A DNA stretch of 64,000 bases from Massalongia carnosa (GCA_965645245.1 OZ287074.1:1860001-1924000); one strand, 5' to 3'. Positions 27,736 through 40,643 are shown, counted from the stretch's first letter. The notes: generated by a model not told the origin, from the letters alone. Translations and numbers: made by a program.

Positions 27736-30700
27736 TCACATAAATGACAAACCCTTCGTCACATCATCCACAGCAGCCCGCACGTCTCCACCGGCCTGAA
27801 TCAAAGCGTCTTCGGCAGCTCGACGAGTTAGCTGAAACCCCATCAGCAACGCAATATGTTCTTCATCGAACACCACACGGTTGAAGAAAACCGATTTAGC
27901 AACCTCGAGGCTTCCAGCCGCATCCACTAAATGCGCATAGGCTTCTTCATGAGTAAGTCCAAGTCTCACCATAGATAGCATATCTGTTTCGGGAAACGAC
28001 TGCGAGTCCGCTTCGGGGACCGACGCTGAGGCTGCGTGGGGAAACGAAACCGAGGCCCCTTCGAAGTCTTGTACGCGTTTGACCTCCACGGCTCGTAGCT
28101 TGGTCATGATATCCTCGAGCTGCAGCGAGTCCATGGCAGCGGCATTCATGTGAACCACGTGCACCGTCGGGTCCGTCGGGTCCTGGCTCACCGAGTAGCC
28201 GTGCAGGTTCAGAAAAGCCTGGATAGTGCCCGAATCCATGCAGCCTGCAAGCGCCAGATTGATCATCTCGAGCCCGGCACTCCGGAACGCCCTCCAGGGG
28301 GTTGTGCCAGGGACACGGCCCGCATAGGGGTTAATGGGGATGCCAAGCATCTTGGCCCAGGCGTTGAAGATAAGGTAGAAACCGCAGGTGTTTCCCCCTT
28401 GTTGCGAGGGAGTTGTGATCACTTCATGTACGAACTCGGGCCACACGGTGGCTGGATTGCCATGTGAGTCGACACCCATCCAGCCGGTGTGTCGAACGAG
28501 TCCATTTGCAGCTTCGTGGATGTCTTCGAGCGGTACAGTTCCGGGCCGGCTGTCAAAGATAGATATTTTGACCTTGTCGTTTTCCAACGATATTCGTTCA
28601 GCGACAGCTAGCAGATGATGGCCTATTGGATCATGCCTTCTTGTTCTTCCTTTTGGTCTGGGGGGGGGTCTCATTGATCCCGGGGGTGACTTTACTTTGT
28701 TAACATCTTTCGTTGTTGCATTATCAGGCGTGTCCGGCATCTCCATGTTGAAGAGCAGTGGCATGATCAATGGATGTGGCCTCAAGACAGCAGTCAGACC
28801 TTCGATTTTTGTAGCCTCGGTTCTATTTGCTCGAAATGTGTCGCAAGTGCCAAATGCATACTGAAATCCCGCCGCACGTAGTCCTTCCCAAATAGAAGCT
28901 ACACCAAGCACTACTAAATCGTCCTCCATATCGAGAGGCGACCGGATTTGCGTGATGGGGTTATTTGTCAACCGATGCCTGAGATTTCGATTGCGGTCTA
29001 ATCCTTTACGAAATCTCATCTGCCATGCAGCTGCGGTATTTGTTCCACGTGGTAGTCGTGGGCGACCCACAGGGCATGGCCCAGCTTGGAAGTCTTCTTG
29101 TCGATGCATGTCTGCCACCGTACCAGCCAAAACTGCTCCGTTCATCAAGACAGTCTGGATGTTACGTAGTCCGTGCTCCTTGTTTGGAGAGGTCGTTGCC
29201 TCCTCCGTCCTAACGGCCCCCCAATCCTGTGGTTGAACATATTCGTAACATTGGAAAAATGCCCTGATCGTCCGGCTATCGAGTTTCCCAGCAAGTCCTA
29301 GATTGATCAGCCTCAATGCTTCTGCATAGAATCTAGGACTAATCGTAATGTCCGGCTGGGTCTTTAATGGGAGGTTAGTCATTGTGGCCCAAGCGTTTAG
29401 AACGGTGTGGATTCCAGATGTATCATTATGCTGTTGGGGTGGAACTAGCCATTCCTCATCTCCAAAGACTGGCCAAGTATCTCGAAGCCATCCCGAGTTT
29501 CGGATTAGGTTTCGAGCAGTTCTGCGGACAATCCCCTTCTTTACCACATCTTTACCACTGTCGAAGAAATCAATGCTGACAGTCTCGTTGTCACTATTGA
29601 AATGAGCGACTGCAAGGATTACATGATTAAGGGGGCCCCGGAGGTTCAAATCCGAAAGATCTGGGTCGTCTTCATTGTCGTGTTGAAATTGGGTAAAGGT
29701 TTTTGGACGGGGCAAGACATTTGGCAGTGTTTCGATTTCCACCGCGTTTGATGACTCGTCGAAAAATAACGGCATGATAAACGAAGGCGATGTTCCTACA
29801 CAAGCCAGATTATGTAGGCGCTGGTGTCGCGCAAGATTGTATAGCCTTGAATCGCCGAAGGTGCCTCCTGAACCTTGGATGATCAAGCCAAGCCACAAGG
29901 ACGCTATAGCGGCGACAATATCATCGACTCCCAACCCTGTATAGCCATTGAGTTGAAGCTCACGCTGGGGAGATTCTCCTCCATCGACTCTCCTGCTGTA
30001 CCTTGCAATACAAAATTTTAACCGTCGACGATACTCCTGACACCAAAATGAAGAGCTAGTGAGTCGTTTTTCTGAGGCCCGTCCCCTCGCACCTTCCCCG
30101 GTTAACGTTGATGTCAAAATCCCATTCTGAGCCGGATTGCCCTGAACTCCAGTGCGCGGAGGTCCAGATTTAGTGAGCGCCTGACTAGGGCCACTTAATG
30201 AACCGCCAGATCTAGTTCCACCTGATAGACCTTTAGAGGAAATTCAAATGCAAAACCAAAAGCGACAGATGTAGAAAGAAGCGTACTTGCGTCAAGTCTA
30301 GGTTTCTTCGCTTTTCGCTCGTTATCGCTTATATTTTCAAACTGGGCATGAAAAATTGAGCTCTGCTGGCCTCCGTCCTGAGCAGTTAAGATTAACAACA
30401 GAGTGAGAAAAACAGGTGAGTTATTACCTTCCTTTGCGCGTTCGGAACGAAGCCTTTCGCCGCTGCGGATGTGCCCCACCAGAAAAGGAAAAACCTCTCA
30501 AACTCAATGACGGCAAAATCTGGTAAAGGTCCAGCAAGTGTTCCTTCGCCAAATGGAACGCCATTGACAACAAGACGCTCCTTGGCCTGATTCACAATGA
30601 AATGGTTGTATTTGCATAGCTCGGGCTCCTGAAACCCATTCTTTTGTCTGAGTCGACGAATATCTAGGAACAATGTAGGGGTGTAGGACGTCTTTTTTTT

Positions 30701-31354
30701 AAGATTTTTCGACTCGGCTTGGGATTTCAGTTTCGGAGTGACACTAAGGATGTTAGGTCAATCTATAAAACGATTGCTTAAGACGTACAAGTTTATCTGC
30801 AAACGATCTGCAGCCCAACCATAGTTGAGATCCTTTGTAAACCTTGAAACGGGACGTTGACTATTTCCAGAGTCGCAGCTCCACGTATCACCATCTGGTT
30901 CGGTTGCAAGATACTGCCACCAACATAAGAATCCTGAGGTTTGTCCTGGTTTATGAAAATCAGCTCGATCACTGATCTCCTCCCATAATGTAGCTCCTTG
31001 AGCGACCACTTCCTGAAGAAGAGAACGGAGCTCTTGATTAGGAAGATCGTTAACAGTGCTCTGCCAATCCCCAAAGTCAGGTGTCAACGGGGACGGTATA
31101 GACGCTTCCTGATGGATCAGGCGAATTTTCAAGTTTGCTGACAAAGGTGTAATATCAAACTCTGTGGGCGTTTTACGTGTTATAGCATCCGGCTCATCTC
31201 TAGTTGTAATACCAGGCACGGCATGAGGTTGAAGCCCACGCCCGACCGGCGAATTGGCGTTCAAGGAGTTCTCGTCCACCGTTTTTGGCGGAACAACCTT
31301 TACTATTCTGCCATGCGGGCTTCCCGGCATTTTTGGAGCCTTTCTCGGTGGCAT
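27736..31354 (-). CDS. Multi-domain protein: FHA-like region, two Ulp1/C48-like peptidase repeats and two C-terminal UBA-like domains; 4 exons, about 1,100 aa
   Basis: Exons join in frame: 31354-30789, 30743-30428, 30377-~30293 and ~30230-27736. The repeated H..(I/F)FDS..QQ...[S/C]G....NAWA motif occurs twice. The C-terminus carries UBA-like LLMGFQLTRRAAEDALIQAGGDVRAAVD. Confidence 0.72.
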
Positions 31355-31740
31355 TTTTACTCCAAGGTTCGATTCGAATATTAAAGGTAGATTGAAGCTG
31401 AGCACGATTTTCGCTCCAAAGACTTGCAGCGCAAATTGTCGGCGTGAAAGAGCATGCTCTATTCCAGTTTTCTTCCGAAAAGGTCAGCCTTTCAGACAGC
31501 CATATTTGTTTCCAGCTCCAGCATGAATGCCGGAAACGAGGTTCCCTTGATGCCTCTTTATAGCGCAAAGCGATGTCTGAATTGAAAACAAGAGTTTGCT
31601 CGATGCGTACGTTACCGAGCATGAAATAGATAATATGGCGCCTCATGACCGGAATAAGGGACGAACTGTTCCGGATCGAGAGTCAAGGAATGCGTAGAGT
31701 TTCAACAGCACGTGACCAAGGAATAGGTTTTTGATAATGT

Positions 31741-32532
31741 TCACCCAGCATACTGATCCACAGTAGAAAAAAGTCTAGAGTTGTCGACTTTGCACTCCGT
31801 CAAGTCATCTCCACATCCAAGGGCTATCCTGATCTCGGTCGGAGTGACATCCGCACACATGTTAGTGATGATATCAATAGCAAAGGCACAAAGTGAAGTA
31901 TCCGCAATCTTAACATCCTCGCACAGATCGGGATCGCTTAGGTCTAACGATTGCTGCATTTGCGGATGAATTGAACTCAACTCGTTAGGTTGGAGAGGAG
32001 ATATGGCTGAAATGATCAATGGCGATATGCCAGTTCCCTCATCCAGGTTTTTCGATGTAGAGGACGAATAAGAAGTGCAGTTCATGGGCGAAGTCTCAAT
32101 CTCTTGAATCGCTAACCTAGAGTCTTGCCGTAGGTTTGGTGATGTCTGCCCAGAATTATCTACCACTTTCCCCAAATCGCATAATCTTCGGCGTTCAAGC
32201 TTCTGTTGTAGCAATACAGCCTCTGGGCTCATGTTGCCATGTTGGTCGTGTGACCCGGCCCGCTCGTCATTCCCTCGAGAAGACAGCAAGGCCCGAAGTC
32301 GTTTGTTCTCTTCAAGCACACTCCTGGCCGCTGCTTGGATTTCCAAAGATGCCTGGACGCCAAGTCTTTCGCAACCCCTCATCTTTGACTCCAGCTCTTG
32401 TAAATACTCTTTCTGCTTAGCGCGTGAACGCCGTTGGTTATCACGGACTCGACTCGCGCCCCTATTGGCCTGTTCCATGCATGTTAGATGAATCTTCTTG
32501 TTGGTAGTGGGTTGACTTGCTTGGGGACACAT
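31741..32532 (-). CDS. bZIP transcription factor-like protein
   Basis: Basic region RVRDNQRRSRAKQKEYLQELE, coiled coil AARSVLEENKRLRALL, and a C-terminal C..A..II...LGC...C.VDN..LF motif typical of this fungal family. Confidence 0.82.
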   Translation of the reverse strand: MCPQASQPTTNKKIHLTCMEQANRGASRVRDNQRRSRAKQKEYLQELESKMRGCERLGVQASLEIQAAARSVLEENKRLRALLSSRGNDERAGSHDQHGNMSPEAVLLQQKLERRRLCDLGKVVDNSGQTSPNLRQDSRLAIQEIETSPMNCTSYSSSTSKNLDEGTGISPLIISAISPLQPNELSSIHPQMQQSLDLSDPDLCEDVKIADTSLCAFAIDIITNMCADVTPTEIRIALGCGDDLTECKVDNSRLFSTVDQYAG

Positions 32533-32997
32533 AGTTTCATGTAACTTGTTTGCAATGATGTTACAATTTCAATCGGTAAGATGATGAGATTGGAACACCA
32601 CTGTATGTTTTACTCGTCATAATTTAGAGTACTTCTACTCCTGTGTAATTGCTATTATGGGGAGGTGTTGGTCTCTATTGAGTGTATCTGATCTTTGGTG
32701 ATGGTAGTGATATGATTAATGTTAGGGTTTGAGATTTTACAGGGTCTCTGTCAAATCATCGGGTGAAATATGAGCCTTAAACCGAAATGTACATAAAATG
32801 TCTTCACAACGATCATAGATAACAACACGAAAAAACAAGATACCCATCAGAGTCTTGCAGTTCCCGACGACAAGGTTTTATAGTGTTTGTAAACTTAATC
32901 ACGAACTTATACCGCAAGCCATAACCGTCTGCACCGTCTTTTGCCATGAGGTGTCCATAGGTACATTACTTAGCTATGTCTTCTGAATAAACCCAAA

Positions 32998-35739
32998 TCA
33001 TACAATACGAGTTGGCGGCGCAAAGCACTCTCCCCCATTCAGCCCATAATTGTTGGCTCTCAAACCAGAGTATGCAAAATCGTTAAAGACACCATTAGCC
33101 ATCAAGGCTGCTTCCTGCTCTGTCACATACCAGTTGTCAAAAAAATTGGTCTGGTCCTTGAGCCACCAGTCCTGGCTCTCTTCGACTAGTGACTCCACAC
33201 CACCGAAAAGCATAGAGGGAGAAGTTTCTGCTTGCGCAACGGCGCCTTGACAAGTACGGGCTCCGTTCCAAAGATCTTGTTGGGCCTGTGGCAATATGAG
33301 CCGTGGCTGTCCTGATAATTGCTCAAAATCCGTTGCTAGTTGAGGAGACGATGGAATTGCTTCATCGTGGCGACGAAGCTCTGCCTTGAGAACAGGACTG
33401 GCCTTTTGGGAAGTACCGTTTGAGGGATCACCGCTGTGGACAGCAAGAGAAAGGCTAGGGTTATTCGTTGCTGGATCTAAATGGTTCTGTCCTTCAGCCA
33501 TGGTCGATTTCGTGTTAGATTTAGGTGATCCAGATTCCTGCCTGTTGAGGCCGAATTTTGTCTTCGTTCGCAAAAGTACCTTCGTTGCCTCCTCTGGCAG
33601 CAGGACTTTCCACCGGCGAGCAACAGTGTCTAGGATGCTAAGCGTCCTTCTCGCACATAGCCAGCCTTCGGCGATCTCTTCTAGGTGTTTTAAACCATGT
33701 ACTATGTCTCGAGCCGCATTCTTTTCAGGCAAATTCAGCAAGTGTATGGTGCATGCAGAATGGGCAATGTAAACTGCAATGTTGCAAATCTGCTTCAGAC
33801 CATACGTTCGCTTGTACAAACGAAGTAGCTTCGAGATCATGGCAGCAGCATGGGTACAGAATTTTCGAGGAGATGTGGTGGGTGGCAGGGGCGAGTTTCC
33901 TTGTTTATATTTCAGAAAGGGCCGAAATAGATGAATGAACAATAACTGAAAGAACATGCTACATCAGTTAGCATCATTAGTTTAGTGCTCATTCATCAAC
34001 CTACTGCATAACTAGCACATTCGGCAGCTGGCCTTCCTTTGGCTCCATCTCCTTTGGCAAGTTTTTGCGCCATGCTTCTAGCCTTGTATGTAGCGCACCT
34101 AGTTTCTTCAATTCTGCCTTTCTACCCATTGGCTTTTCTAAATGGGTGGGATTATAGAAGTATAACAGCAGGTCGCCACTGATCTCACAGAGCACGGATA
34201 TCTGCAATGCAACGGCGCGAGTGCGGGATGGCTGAGAATGAGCATAGCTGAGACCTATGTCCATGTAGGGTGCCCAAGTGTCGGCATCTTCCATTGGGAA
34301 GACGTCGAATTTGGCGACGGCAATGTTGGAAAGAGGCAACTGAGGCTGACGTCCGAGATAGTTCGACCAACATCTACTGCAATCAGCATGGCTACCATAG
34401 TGCGTAACTCTGCTGCATACTTGTCGAATAGGAAACAGCCCCAAATCGTGATGCGGCGCGCATCTGCTTCTTGCTCGCCTCGTGTCAAGGAACCCGAGTC
34501 GACGTTAAGTCCAAGATCTTCCGCCATTCGAAAACTCATACCGCTATAAACCCACCCCTTGGCCTCTCGGCCACATCCTGCTTCGCGTACCGACATCAAT
34601 GCAAGTGCCTGCACCGTGGCCAATCTTGGGTTCTCGTGTTCATCATTCTCCAATATTAACCGCTTGGCTTCCTTAAAAAAATGATCACCTGCCGTGGCAG
34701 AGTCCCGCGAGTCTGCTCTTGATGCAGGCCAGGATGTAAAATGGCAACCTAAAGCTAACATGGCATTCACTAGCAAAGACGTGCAATACTCTGTTTTTTG
34801 CCTACTGTCTTGGATTGGCTTTCCAGACAGAAAGTCGCGATAAAAAAGGCTTTTAGATAACGTGGTAAAGTAGGTGTAGTGCCAGGTAAAGTACATATTG
34901 ATTAGATGGATCACCAGTTCAGGATCCGGCGTTACTTTTGTCCACGAAACTATAGCATCTTCTTGTTTTTGGTATTGCTTTGCATCCTCCACCCATGTCG
35001 TGATATCTTCTCCCTCAGATCCAGATCCTAGGAAAAGCAAATTGGAGGTCCCACCAATGAAACTTACCGACCCATTTTCTAGACGCAGCTCTCCCATCTT
35101 CCCTGATAGCTCCGTCTCGAACATCGGAGTTCCTGAGAGGATATCATTATCATTCAGGGGAGATTCACCATCTTCCAAGTCCTCGCTCCGGGTAATGGTC
35201 TTTGAGTGGATCGATTCCGCGACATCGTCCAAACTCTCGCATGTCCGAATCTGGCGGATCAACTCGGGCACTTCCTGTTCTGGAAAGTCTAGAATAGCAT
35301 GAATCAATGTTTGTAGGGTTGAGTTGCGGATTCTGAGGTTATCAATGTCCTTTTTATACACCCCTTTTCGGCGGTGATCTGAATTCGGGTCATATATACA
35401 TTCCGTACCGTAGACCGATGAGCAAGCAGCACAGCTAGGTGTGTTGCCATCACACTATTAATTAAGACTCCTATTAGCTAGATCGTGGTCAATATCTTGG
35501 AGAATGTTTTTCTAACGAGCAGGTATGGGCTCTAGCACATTCAATCCACCTACCTTGGATTTCCTTCGCCGACATGATATGCAGGCAGTGCTCACGCATC
35601 TTCTTTTAGCTGCGGAGGAAGATCCATTGCTTTTTTGGCGCGATTTCGATTTTGGTTTGGGAAGAGACTCGGCTGAGCTGATGGCATCATCATTCGTCGG
35701 TGCGGTGGCAGGTGGTTCTTTGAACGTCGCCTCGGCCAT
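32998..35739 (-). CDS. nirA: Zn(II)2Cys6 nitrate assimilation regulator NirA/NIT-4
   Basis: KRRCVSTACISCRRRKSK/CDGNTPSCAACSSVYGTECIYDPNSDHRRKGVYKKD matches the NirA zinc cluster as I recall it. The fungal TF domain includes MYFTWHY, REAGCGREAKGWVYSGMSFRMA and CWSNYLGRQPQLP. Confidence 0.9.
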
Positions 35740-36496
35740 TGGCTGTAGAGGCGCTGGGTCTCAATCTAGGCTATCTATTGGCTTTTGGCTCCTCGGAGAT
35801 GCTTACTCGGAAGTAGCAGTGTTAACGACCACCAATGCTCAAGGTACTAGGCTAGCCCGGTTTGCAGCGGAAATGAGAGCGAGAGGTACTGTTTGAACCC
35901 TAATAATGGCCAGCATCGAAATAGCCGGATGATAGAGGTGCAGTTGGGTGCTGCTGGACAGGGTTTCGATAAGTGAATGAGACATGAAGATAAGTAATCG
36001 AATATGGTCTAGACTCTGGATGGCGCCGGTACAGGACCATCCCCTTACGGGCATCACAAGAAATCACGTGCTTATTATTCGGTGCAGTTATGATAGACCT
36101 CACCTAAAATGATAACAAGCAAATCAAATTTTGCTAAATTGCCCGACACCTAACAAATTCATTTATCACTTATTTAGAGATGAATATAAATATTCAGTAA
36201 AGTGATTGATAAAGAAATCAGTCGAGTAGTCAGCCGAAGTTCATCTGAAAACTACTTCAATTACATCATTTGCAATTCTCTGATTACTTCACTGATCATT
36301 TCATTGACTACTCCATCTACATGTGTTAAACGGATCATGTTTATAATAAGGCAAATACTTTTATGTCACACTTTTGGCGTCCGCTAGCCAGAGATGTCAT
36401 ACACGAACTTTTCTGTTATTATTTACCCTATCATTTCATCACACGAATCACGTATAAGTAGCATCACCTTATAGTTAACGTAACCCACCACTACTT

Positions 36497-37112
36497 GATT
36501 GATTGATTTATTCTTATTCCGATATGACACCGGCCGAAGGCCGGCCCATGCGGGCTGTCTATGTTTATCATACAAGGAAAACCCTTCTTGGGAATAAAAA
36601 CCCCGTAGACTACGCACTACCTCCGGAGCCTCGCTGGCAACAGGCTGCTCTCTGTGATCGTTTTTCTTTAGAATCCTTGACGAAAATGAGAAGTTATATC
36701 TCGTATAACATTTGCGATGCTAGTGAGAACTGTGTTAACAAGTTTGCTTTTATTATCCATGCAGTTAGCTTTTTCAGCATTTTCGACGAACGCGTAATCG
36801 TCCGGTAGTCGTGGGTGCCCAATTGTCTGAGCAGCTCATATCTGCCTTCGATTAGTCTGCAGTGTAATATGATGTGTTTGGCAGTCTGTTTCTGCCAGCC
36901 ACACGAGCAAGCTGGAGTCATAGCTCCCGGAACCCGACGATTGAACAGGAAGTTTGCCAAACCTATTTTCTCAGTGCGGATTTGCGTGGTTAGCGCGCTT
37001 TCCGCCTTCATCAAGTTGTCATGAATCTTCAATCTAGTTCTGTTGAGTGGTCCGAGCTGTGCCTCTGTTGGGTAGGGAACGCGGTCCTGATACGCCTTCC
37101 ACCTGGTCTCCC
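36497..37112 (-). mobile_element. 5'-truncated LINE (Tad1-like) insertion, 616 bp
   Basis: ORF2 C-terminus KAESALTTQIRTEKIGL..CSCGWQKQTAKHIILHC (CCHC knuckle), 3' UTR, (TCAA)n tail, and a 15-bp TSD AACCCACCACTACTT at 36482-36496 and 37113-37127. Confidence 0.9.
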
Positions 37113-37893
37113 AACCCACCACTACTTTAAACACCAGAATTGCTTCATTTACCTTGCTGTCGCCAGCTGCAACGTTGTCGATATGAATAACTTCATGAAT
37201 CTAACTAAAGGCGCCTCTTATTCAGCCATTAATCTAACCCCGGACCGAAGGAATTGCTTCAATTGGTCGCCCAGAGCCTAAACCAACCACCCTTTTTGAT
37301 CCGACTTCCCCATGTCTTCCGAGTCTCCCCAGGCGAAAAATCTCTTCGTGATAGCTTCATGATCGACAGTATTAATTATAGTGAGATGACGAGTGTGATT
37401 TTGAATGAAAGTAGTTCGATTAGCTACAAACAAGATCAAAATCAAAGGGGTTGGAATTATCAGAGGCCCAGTACAAATCATCAGAGGCCCAAATGAACAT
37501 AAAAGCTCTTTTTTCATCGGATGTTTCTCTCAATCTTCGTTGTCTTTTGTATGTAAAATAGTCGTATAATTGTCGAATTTCAGGACAATCTTCCATCTTT
37601 TTCCTGCCTCTTCAAAGACCTTTCGACATGGATAGTTCAATTGAACAATTCCCATCCGGCGCGCGCCCTTCCATCTCTTCCAATCAGGAGAACGTATAGG
37701 TTCCATGCTCTGATCTTGTCGAGGTCTCCGAGACTCCCGATACCAGTCATCATCCATTGTTTTATTCTTCCCCCCTTTCCCGCAACGATCAATCAATCCG
37801 GTTTTTCAGGCCGTCGCCATCCGACGACAGTTCGAAGAGCTTGTCGAAGAACCTTTTGTAGATGGCATATCTGGAAAGGAGTGGAGATAGCGA

Positions 37894-40643
37894 GTGCATC
37901 GACAATTGAACACGGAGCTCGAGGCCGCTTTGAAGGATAATGACCCCGACAAGGAGCTTGATCTACTGCGTCAACTGGCATATTGTCAGGTCTTAGAACG
38001 GGAGGGCTATTGGACAGGTCTCGCACGCGTACCGGACATGACCATGGACCATGTGCGCAAAGAAATTCGCGGAGAAGTGAAAGAACAGTTGGAGGCTTTT
38101 TATGCATCATCGCCCTCTCCACCTCGCATGAACTCGGTATGTTCTTCCCTGTCTTCCTCGCCCATGTCATCGCCTTTGGCCAGGCGGGTGATTGCGCCGC
38201 TTTCCAGAGGAGATCGTGTAGGTTTAGCTGTCATAGCTGCAAAGAGCAAAAGAAAAACAGCGAACGAAGTCGCTCTTATTTACGGGGTCAACAGGGGAAC
38301 TGTGGCCCGTCGAATGAAAGGAAGTCGAAATGCCGCGGAGTATGGTCTGACTCGTCGCCTTTTGGATGACAGCGAGGAGCAATCCATTCTTAATTACATT
38401 GATTCGAGCACTGCTTTGGGTTTTCCCGCTCGCTTTGATATGGTTCGTGAAAAGGCCATGAAGTTGTTGAGACTTCGCGTTGAATCTCCTGCACCTTTGG
38501 GAATTAATTGGACGAAGCGCTTTCTTGATCGATATCCGGACTATCGTTCTCGATTTCCTCGTCACTTGGATCAGGAACGACACTGGAACACTTATCGCAA
38601 AGTCTTCGAGGATTGGTTCGCTTGTTCGAAGAACAATGGACAAGTATGGATTTCGACAGGTGATGTTTATAACATGGATGAAAAGGGACATCTGATGGGA
38701 GTTGCGGGAAATATTCGGTAAGTGATCATATTTTCAGCTAAGTCACTTTCGGTTAGAAAATATCTGAGACTAGATGTTTTACGGTTAATAAGCATGAGCG
38801 GGGCTACATTTCAGATCATCAATTGGTTGAAAATTTAACCTTGATTTGAAGTTTTAAGCCTCATCGTTTAAGGTTTGATGTTTACGCTAAAATTATTATT
38901 ATTTTGTAGAAAGGTCAGCGTGCGACGATGCGACAAAAACGCCTTTTCCGTTCATTCTGGAGACAGGAAATGGAGCACCTGCATAGAGTTCTTTTCTACT
39001 CGAGGATGCGTGTTCAAGCCCATGATTATCTTCGAAGGTAAACGAATAGTAAAAGCCTGGAAAGGGGAATTTCCGAGGCAACCTTTGCCGTTAGCAAGAA
39101 TGGCTGGACTGACAACAGTCATGGATTGACCTGGGTGAGAGAGTGTTTCAATCCTCAGACAGTTCATTTGGGAGGCCGACGACTTCTTCTGATTGAAGGG
39201 CATGCGTCTCATGTCTCTGTTGATTTTATCGAGTACTGCTGGTCAGTGGATATAGTTCCGCTCTGTCTTCCACCTCATACTACTCATTTTCTACAGCCTT
39301 TGGACGTAGGATGTTTCGGACCTCTGGACAAAGCATACAAAAAACAGCTGGAGGAGCGAAATAAATTCGGAGATGTGTACGTGAATAAAATGGATTATCT
39401 GAAGTTTCTAAAGAGGGCAAGGGAAACGGTCATGACTTCCGATGTAATCATGTCAGCTTGGGCTGCAACTGGTGAGTAAAAGTAACATTCTTTTCTTAAT
39501 GTTTTGCTAACAAGTTCAGGTATTTATCCTTTTGACCCGCAGCGAGTAATTGAGAAATTACCTCAATTTCTTCAATCGGTTCCTTCGGCCCCTTCGAGTT
39601 CAATCGTATTTCCCTTGACCTCCACCTCCACCTCCACCTCCATCAACAGTTCATTTTCGAACAATTCTTTCGATAGAACTCCTTCTAACAAGCGCGATTA
39701 CTCTGCTATGTTGAATTCATTGGAAATGTTCATACCCAAATCATATCAAGACCGGCTTCGGCGTCTCAAAAGAGCAACCGCTATCGCCTTCGCAGATCGA
39801 ACACTTCTTCAAGACTCTACTCAGTCATTATTCAAAGCGAATCTGGCCAAGGAGGAGAGAAAGAAAAAGAGAAAAGAGGCAGGGGAAAGGGCTACTTATG
39901 GTAGCGCTTTCGGACGTGTTCTCACCGAGGCTCAGGCCGAGGCTTATCGCATAGAAGAGGAGGAGAAAGCAGAGGTCACTCGTCTGAGAAAGGAGGCCGT
40001 TGAGACTAGAAAGGTGAACGCTGCTGAAAAGAAGAAGGAGGCTGAAAGAAAGAAAGATGAGAGGATCAAACGCTTGGCCGCTCAGGCTGAGAAGAAAGAG
40101 AAAGAGGATGAACTGAAGGCTGAACGTAAGCGTGAACGAGTGGCAAAGGCCNNNNNNNNNNNNNNNNNNNNNNNNNNNNNNNNNNNNNNNNNNNNNNNNN
40201 NNNNNNNNNNNNNNNNNNNNNNNNNNNNNNNNNNNNNNNNNNNNNNNNNNNNNNNNNNNNNNNNNNNNNNNNNNNNNNNNNNNNNNNNNNNNNNNNNNNN
40301 NNNNNNNNNNNNNNNNNNNNNNNNNNNNNNNNNNNNNNNNNNNNNNNNNNNTGAACTCCGAATCAATGGTGATGATGAGGAGAAGAGTGCCAAAAGGCCA
40401 CCTATTTATGCCCTTTCTCTCCCTTGTTTGTCCAACTATTTTGGACATCATCCTCCTTTGTCCTTCGGCCTTCGTTGGCTGTTCGCGGCTTGCCTCCACT
40501 CGGTCCTTCGGCTATCCACGGCCTTCAGCCTTCGTCGGCTGTTTCGCAGCCTGCCTCCACTCGGTCCCGGCATTACCTTTCGCCTTAGCCGAATTACTTT
40601 TACCTCTCAAAGTCAGATGGAGTTTACCTGGGATTCCACCTAA
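37894..40643 (+). pseudogene. pogo/Fot1 transposase pseudogene, spliced and frameshifted
   Basis: HTH VALIYGVNRGTVARR, LGINWTKRFLDR, YNMDEKG, LLIEGHASH (E where the catalytic D of DGH is expected), LPPHTTHFLQPLDVGCF, GIYPFDP and a charged coiled-coil tail running into the gap. Confidence 0.85.
40152..40351. other. Assembly gap (200 N)
   Basis: Run of N characters. Confidence 1.

Noticed and set aside
32998..35739. Nitrate assimilation gene cluster around nirA
   Set aside because: No nitrate reductase, nitrite reductase or nitrate transporter is visible in the window. nirA is normally unlinked.
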